DNA from: Deltaproteobacteria bacterium
Lineage (GTDB): Bacteria > Myxococcota_A > Polyangia > Polyangiales > Houyiibacteriaceae
Length of the DNA stretch: 64,000 bases
Reading direction: 5' to 3'
NCBI GenBank assembly: GCA_034670305.1
Contig: JAXMNT010000018.1
Location: 1-64,000 of the forward strand
The first letter of the stretch is position 1. Each line of letters begins with the position of its first letter. The notes beneath the pieces were generated by a model, which did not search any database, was not told where the DNA came from, and saw only the letters and a list, made by a program, of their open reading frames with translations. A program made the position numbers and the translations under genes. Below, piece by piece: positions 58,546 through 64,000 of the stretch.

Positions 58546-61524
58546 TCAGTACCGATTCTGCCATTCGGGGTCGAAGCCGGAGCCGGTCTTCATGACAGCA
58601 CGCACCGCGGACACGGCGTCGTGGAAGAACATCGGTTGCACCTCGCCGAGTTTCAGTGGTGGTTCGGTGAACTCGGTCGCGAGGTAGTCGCCCTTCGGGA
58701 AGTCGCGTGGACGGTACGCGGTGCCGAGCCGATAGAAGGTCAGGCCGAGCAAGATCTCTTCGTCGTCGTCCGCGAACCGGAAGCGCAGCTCGACGCCTTG
58801 TTCGATGCGGGGGTCTTCGCGGTAGAAGCTCTCGTAGATCATCTCGCGATCGATCGCGCCGACCCGCCACCCGCGCCGCCGCAGCAAACTGCGCATGCGT
58901 TTGTGTCCCACGCGGTGGCCGAGGCATGCGTCCCAATGCTCGGCGGCCGGGTCTTCCGGTCGCTCGCCCGACGCCGGCACCACTTCGGCGGGATCGGGGC
59001 CGGCCATCTCGACGTGCGCGCGCAAGATCGTGCGGAGCCCTTCATTCCAGATCTTCGGCGCGAGCTGTTCGAGCTCCTTCTTCGCGCCGAGTGCGACGAG
59101 CGCGCGCAGCAGGTCTTCCGCCAACGCGATCCGTTCGAGGTAGTCGCGGTGCTGCACCTTTTCGTCGGCGTCGAGCACGTCCTCGGCGAGTGCGGGCGCC
59201 AACCGCGCGTCGGCGAAGGGCAGGACGAACGCCGGCACGTACGACTGCTTCGCCTTCTTCTGGGCGCCTTCGTAGAGCGCGTGGGCGAGCGCGGCTTGGT
59301 CCTTGGGATCGAGCAACGCGACCAGCGCGGAGGCGTGGTGCCGTTCTCCCACCCCTTTCGCGACGAGGTGCACGAGGTACCGAACCACGGCGTCGTCGAG
59401 CACGTCGCCCGACGCCCACTTCAGTTCGGGCAGCGCGCAGCCCTTCCGCAGAAGGGTCGCTCGTTTGCCGGTGTGCGCCGCCGCCCGTTTCTCGTACGCG
59501 GCGCGGGTGATGAACGCGGGGTCCAAGTAGGCGAGCGCTTCTCCGAGCTCGGCGCGGAGCGGCGGTCGGTCGCGGTAGGCCTTCGTCATCGCGTCGAGGC
59601 TCGTCTCGTCGCGCTTCCGCGCGCAGAGGAGCAAGGCGAGATCCGTTTCGGGTCGAGTCGCGCGCTTCGAGTCCAGGCGCCGGTGGGCCCACGTGAGCGC
59701 GTCTGGGTCGGTCGCGGCCCACGCCAGCACCCAGTCGCGCACGGCGCGGGGCGACTTCTGCGCGAGGATCCATTCTCGGTGCACGTCGGGTGCGATGGAG
59801 GCGAGCAGCGCGAGGCCGCGGAGGAAGAGCTCTGTTCCGTGACCATGCGGTTGCTTGGCGATCCGGGTCAGCGCCCGCTGGGCCCCGGTCGGACTCGCCT
59901 TCACCAGGGCGACCAGCGCGCGTCCGAGGCGCCGCTGGATCGGTGGGAGGCGGTACTCCTCCTCTTCGGGAACCTCCGACCAGTCCAGGTCGGCGTCCTC
60001 TTCGGGATCGATTCCGAAGAACCGCTCTTCGCGATCGAACTCGCCGAGCAAGAGTTCGATCATTCCGGGCGTGGAGATGTACCCCCAGAGCTGGCCCACC
60101 TCCCAGACCGGCAGACCGCGCCGTTCGAGTTCGACCCGGATCGCGTCGACGTTGAAGGTGCAGGAGAGCCGGGTCGCGCGGCGGAAGAAGTCGTTCGCGG
60201 GGAGCATGCGCCAACTCCGCACGTCGCCCGGGAACTGCGGGTCCTTGACGCGCAAGGAGTGGAGCAACCGTTCCGCGTCGTCCCGTCCTTCACCGCTCAA
60301 CCATTTCGCGATCCGTTCGGCGCGCGGGCTCACGTTCTCGAGCAACCACTGGGTGACGAGTTGCACGTAGCCGGCGACGAGGTGGGTTGGATCGAGGAGT
60401 TGAAGCAGTTCTTTGGCCTGCCAGTCTGGCATCCGGCACGCCGAGCCCGTGGCGGACGCGCCCTCGAGGTACCCGAGCGCGCGTTCGGTCCATTGTGGGT
60501 CGACCGACCGGAGCAGCGCCGCGTACTCGGTGCGCTGGTCCTCGAACGCTGCCCACGCGCGGTCGACAAAATCTTCGCGTGCACCGAACCCATCCAGGTA
60601 GCTCCAAGCCCCCTCGAACCAATGGTCCCCCGGCGACGAGGGCAAGACGCGACGCACCAGTTCCCAACCGCGGTAGCCGGCCGGCTCCACGAACTGCAGC
60701 GTCTGCCGGACCGCTTCGGGCAAGTTCGCGAGCGGGTGCATGTAGGCCTCGACGAAGTTGCCGAGTTCGCGGCCGTCGTTCTCTCCGAGCGCCGAGAGCA
60801 AGCGCCGCATCATCGGGTGGTCGTCTGGAATGAGCGCATCGAGGAGCGCCTCGCAGACCGGCATGTACGTCCACGCACCCTTCGGCCAACTCGGCGCGCG
60901 GCCGAGGATGTAGTCGCGCGTCTCTTTCTGGATCTGGCGATCGACGAGCCGCCGTTCGACCTCGGCTTCGTCGTCGAATGCGACCGCGTCCAGTGCGTCT
61001 TGGAACTCGGACGCGAACGCGTGCAGCGCTTCGTCCTCCGGATACCGGCGCCGATGTCGCGCGACCTTTTCCACCGCTTCGTCGGCCCGTCCGACCGAGA
61101 CCAGAAGCCGCGCGTACACTTCGAGGAACGTGTCGATGCGCGGGCTCAGCGATTGCGCCCACGCCATCCACCGCACCGCGTCTTCGTGGCGCTCCGGTTC
61201 ATGCGCCAACACGAAGCGCGCGGCCTCGTAGAATGGGGTGCCTGGCAGGGTCGACAGCGGGACCTTCATCCCATGCTGCCGAAAGCAGTCCCACACGTCG
61301 AACCAGCGTCCGGCGAGTTCGAACGCCGGCCGCGCCGCCTCCACGTCGCCAAGCTGTACGAAGCCGATGCCCACCGCGACGCAGTCGACGAGGCGCTCCT
61401 CGATCCGGAAGACGTCCAGCATGCCCGCGTGCAGTTGCTCCGGCGTCGGCGGGCCCTCGAAGCACGCCGGAATGGACTCTGCCCGCAGGGCGTCGAGCAA
61501 GGGGGTCAGTGTCGCCTGGTCCAT
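58546..61524 (-). CDS. Large helical protein resembling DUF4132-associated proteins
   Basis: TPR-like N-terminus; LPELKWASG and LGEVQPMFFHDAV...GFDPEWQ motifs. Confidence 0.6.
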   Translation of the reverse strand: MDQATLTPLLDALRAESIPACFEGPPTPEQLHAGMLDVFRIEERLVDCVAVGIGFVQLGDVEAARPAFELAGRWFDVWDCFRQHGMKVPLSTLPGTPFYEAARFVLAHEPERHEDAVRWMAWAQSLSPRIDTFLEVYARLLVSVGRADEAVEKVARHRRRYPEDEALHAFASEFQDALDAVAFDDEAEVERRLVDRQIQKETRDYILGRAPSWPKGAWTYMPVCEALLDALIPDDHPMMRRLLSALGENDGRELGNFVEAYMHPLANLPEAVRQTLQFVEPAGYRGWELVRRVLPSSPGDHWFEGAWSYLDGFGAREDFVDRAWAAFEDQRTEYAALLRSVDPQWTERALGYLEGASATGSACRMPDWQAKELLQLLDPTHLVAGYVQLVTQWLLENVSPRAERIAKWLSGEGRDDAERLLHSLRVKDPQFPGDVRSWRMLPANDFFRRATRLSCTFNVDAIRVELERRGLPVWEVGQLWGYISTPGMIELLLGEFDREERFFGIDPEEDADLDWSEVPEEEEYRLPPIQRRLGRALVALVKASPTGAQRALTRIAKQPHGHGTELFLRGLALLASIAPDVHREWILAQKSPRAVRDWVLAWAATDPDALTWAHRRLDSKRATRPETDLALLLCARKRDETSLDAMTKAYRDRPPLRAELGEALAYLDPAFITRAAYEKRAAAHTGKRATLLRKGCALPELKWASGDVLDDAVVRYLVHLVAKGVGERHHASALVALLDPKDQAALAHALYEGAQKKAKQSYVPAFVLPFADARLAPALAEDVLDADEKVQHRDYLERIALAEDLLRALVALGAKKELEQLAPKIWNEGLRTILRAHVEMAGPDPAEVVPASGERPEDPAAEHWDACLGHRVGHKRMRSLLRRRGWRVGAIDREMIYESFYREDPRIEQGVELRFRFADDDEEILLGLTFYRLGTAYRPRDFPKGDYLATEFTEPPLKLGEVQPMFFHDAVSAVRAVMKTGSGFDPEWQNRY

Positions 61525-61656
61525 GCCCGCATCCTACGTGGCACACGCGACGGCATCCCCGGTTTCCCCGAGGCGCCGCCGACGTGGCGCTTCCCTCCAC
61601 AACCGCCAACGCGTCTCCCTCCGCTTCGCCACCTCTCTGTGGTGCCGCGAATGCGC

Positions 61657-63888
61657 TCAGAACTCGAAGGTGTAGCGGAGCGCGACCCGGCCGGAGGCGA
61701 ACGGCGCGACCCGCACGCGTTGATTGAGCTCGCGCTGCACGCAGTAGCGGGCGTCTCGGCTCGGTCCCCGGCCGATGCGGGTACGCACGGTTCCATCGTT
61801 CGAGAACGTCGCGGTGACGAGCAGTCCGTCGTCGAACTCGGCGCCGACACAGCGGCGTACATGGGCGCGCTGCGACTCGAGGGCGCGTCGCATCTGGGCT
61901 TCCGACGGAGGCTGCGCGGTGGGCACGGTCTCTGGACGAGCGACCACCATCGACTCGGCGTGGTCGACGATGCGGATGTCCGGAGACCGCTCGGTCATCT
62001 CGGTCATGGCGGCCGCGAACGGGTCTCCGGCCTGCGTCACCGTGGCCGTTCCGGTCTGCTCTGGATCCGCGGTCATCGCGGTCTCCGCCATCGCGGTCTC
62101 CGCCATCGCGGTCTCCATGACGACGGTGTCGGTCATCGCGGTCTCGGTCACCGCGGTCTCGGTCATCGCAGTCTCGGTCATCGCAGGCTCGGCGGTGTCT
62201 GGCCGCCGCCGCCGCATCGAGGTCGGCCGCACGTCGGCGACCGTCTCCACCACGTTCTCCTCTTCGGTCTCCCCGAGCGTCAGGCGCGTGGCCTGGTCGA
62301 GCTCGAGCACCAGCGTCGCGGTGGCGAGGATGCGGTCGTCGCTGCGGGCCTCGAAGATGTGCTGGCCCGGCGTGAGTCGGATCGCGACCGCCTCACTGAG
62401 CACGCCACGGTCCAGCCCATCGACGTACAGGTTCGTGCCCGCGAGCGACGTAGCGATCTCCACCCGAACGAGTTCCGGCGCCAAGTCTTCGGTCGCCGCC
62501 ACGGGGGTGTCGAAGGGCGGGTCGGCCGGATCGTTCTCGTCGCCGAGGTTGCGGAACACGAGAAAGACGGCGAGCGCGCTGACGAGCGCCATGCCGAGGA
62601 GCGCGACCACCAACCCGAACCGCTTCTTCGGCAGATGGATCGAACTCTCGGCGGTTGGCTGTGCCTGTGCGACTGGCGCTTCATCGGAACCGGAGACCGC
62701 GGAAGGCGCGGGTGGGTAGGGCGCCGGCGGACCTCCCGCGATGCCCGAGACGGCGGCGGGCCCACTCGGACCACTCGGGCCATTCGGGCCATTCGGGCCA
62801 CTCGGCGCATCCAGTGCTCCGAGCGGCATGGTGCCGCCAGTGGGCGGTTCGACCGGCGAGCCGTGTGGCATCGTGCCGCCGCCGGAGGCGATCGAAGGCA
62901 TCGCGCCGGTGGGCGCGAACACATCGACCGACGCCGGACCCGCGGGCGCTGGTTCCGACGCCGCCTGCTGCGCTGCGGCTTCGGCGGCGAGGCCGCGCTT
63001 CATGCGTTCCGCGACCCGCGGCACGAACGTGGCTTCGGGGCCATCGGGTGCGAGCCGGGCTTCCTCGAATGCGAAGCGCAACGCGTCCGCGTCCTTCGGA
63101 CGGTTCGCCGGCACCCGCTGCAGGCACCACTCGATGAGCGCCTTCCACGCGCTCGGCACGTGGTCCGGCACCGCCTGGCGCCGGTTGCTCGCGAGCGCGG
63201 CCAGCACCTCTCCGGCGTTCTTGCCGCGGTACGGGAGCCCGCCCTCTGAGAACACCTGGAACACCATCACACCGATCGCCCACACATCGGCGGCCGGTCC
63301 GACGTGTTTGGCGTCGCCGGCCTGCTCCGGGCTCATGTACTGCGGTGTGCCAAGCGTGGTGCCGCTCTGAGTGATGCCGCACTCGGCCGCCTGTTTGGTC
63401 AGCCCGAAGTCGAGCACCCGGATCCCCTCGGCGGTGAGGAAGAGGTTCTCCGGTTTCAGATCCCGGTGCACGAACCCCTTCGCGTGCGCGGCGGCCAGCG
63501 GTGGCAAGACTTCTTCCAGACGCTGCAGCCGCTCGGCCCGCGTGGTGTCGGCGGAGCCGAAGTACGCCAAGAGCGACTGTCCGTAGAGCCGCTCCATCGC
63601 CACGAACGCGCGTCCTTCGTGGGTGCCCACATCGACGATGCCGACCACGGCCGGATGATCGATCGCTTCGAGCGCCCGCGCTTCGCGTCGGAACCGTTCG
63701 AGCGCGGACTCGTCCCCGACCAAACGCACGTGCGCGATCTTCAGCGCCACCGGCTGCCGGGTCGCGACATGTTCCGCGTCCCAGACCACCCCGAAGGCAC
63801 CTTGTCCAATCGTGCCGATGAGCCGGTACCGGCCATCGACGATGTACCCCTTCGCGGCCGGATCCTCCGACGCGAACTCGTCGCTCAC
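61657..63888 (-). CDS. Membrane Ser/Thr kinase with PEGA-like domain, Met-rich repeats and AgmX/PglI-like end
   Basis: GQGAFGVV, HRDLKPEN, DFG, GTPQYMSPE; TM; LYVDG...LTPGQH. Confidence 0.95.
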   Translation of the reverse strand: MSDEFASEDPAAKGYIVDGRYRLIGTIGQGAFGVVWDAEHVATRQPVALKIAHVRLVGDESALERFRREARALEAIDHPAVVGIVDVGTHEGRAFVAMERLYGQSLLAYFGSADTTRAERLQRLEEVLPPLAAAHAKGFVHRDLKPENLFLTAEGIRVLDFGLTKQAAECGITQSGTTLGTPQYMSPEQAGDAKHVGPAADVWAIGVMVFQVFSEGGLPYRGKNAGEVLAALASNRRQAVPDHVPSAWKALIEWCLQRVPANRPKDADALRFAFEEARLAPDGPEATFVPRVAERMKRGLAAEAAAQQAASEPAPAGPASVDVFAPTGAMPSIASGGGTMPHGSPVEPPTGGTMPLGALDAPSGPNGPNGPSGPSGPAAVSGIAGGPPAPYPPAPSAVSGSDEAPVAQAQPTAESSIHLPKKRFGLVVALLGMALVSALAVFLVFRNLGDENDPADPPFDTPVAATEDLAPELVRVEIATSLAGTNLYVDGLDRGVLSEAVAIRLTPGQHIFEARSDDRILATATLVLELDQATRLTLGETEEENVVETVADVRPTSMRRRRPDTAEPAMTETAMTETAVTETAMTDTVVMETAMAETAMAETAMTADPEQTGTATVTQAGDPFAAAMTEMTERSPDIRIVDHAESMVVARPETVPTAQPPSEAQMRRALESQRAHVRRCVGAEFDDGLLVTATFSNDGTVRTRIGRGPSRDARYCVQRELNQRVRVAPFASGRVALRYTFEF

Positions 63889-63892
63889 TTCT

Positions 63893-64000
63893 TCACTTCT
63901 TCTTGCTCGGGTGCACGCCGTGGCGCTTCGCGAGTTTGTGAAGGTACTTGCGATCCATATCCGCGGCACGCGCGGCCGCCGAGATGTTGCCCTCGTGCCG
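63893..64000 (-). CDS. 3' end of a Fis-type HTH protein, probably a sigma54 activator (partial)
   Basis: Own translation: [35 protein letters not shown]; absent from the ORF track. Confidence 0.8.
   Translation of the reverse strand, partial: RHEGNISAAARAADMDRKYLHKLAKRHGVHPSKKK

Overview
This is a high-GC, gene-dense 64-kb chromosomal window with about 46 genes. The content points to a myxobacterium (Myxococcota, probably Polyangia-like; inference): three Hanks-type Ser/Thr kinases, a MYXO-CTERM-type tail, Cys-rich lipoproteins and AgmX/PglI-like C-termini. Housekeeping genes include serS, murB, mutY, a DinG/YoaA helicase, ABC and MFS transporters, a CapA-family protein and a VOC protein. 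I saw no rRNA, tRNA, CRISPR array or transposase. Best candidates for undescribed biology: (1) a translationally coupled pair of giant thioester-less alpha-2-macroglobulin-like paralogues that share a GspG-like insert, behind phased repeats and an ECF-like promoter; (2) a circularly permuted ATP-grasp-like ligase coupled to an M14 deacylase; (3) a TraA/TraB-like cluster of Cys-rich lipoproteins and OmpA; (4) a recurring TANNNT-N5-7-start signature suggesting widespread leaderless transcription; (5) dispersed repeats, including hexamer arrays at gene 3' ends and a 21-bp unit sitting in frame in two unrelated genes in opposite orientations. All family calls come from motif recognition by eye, not database searches.
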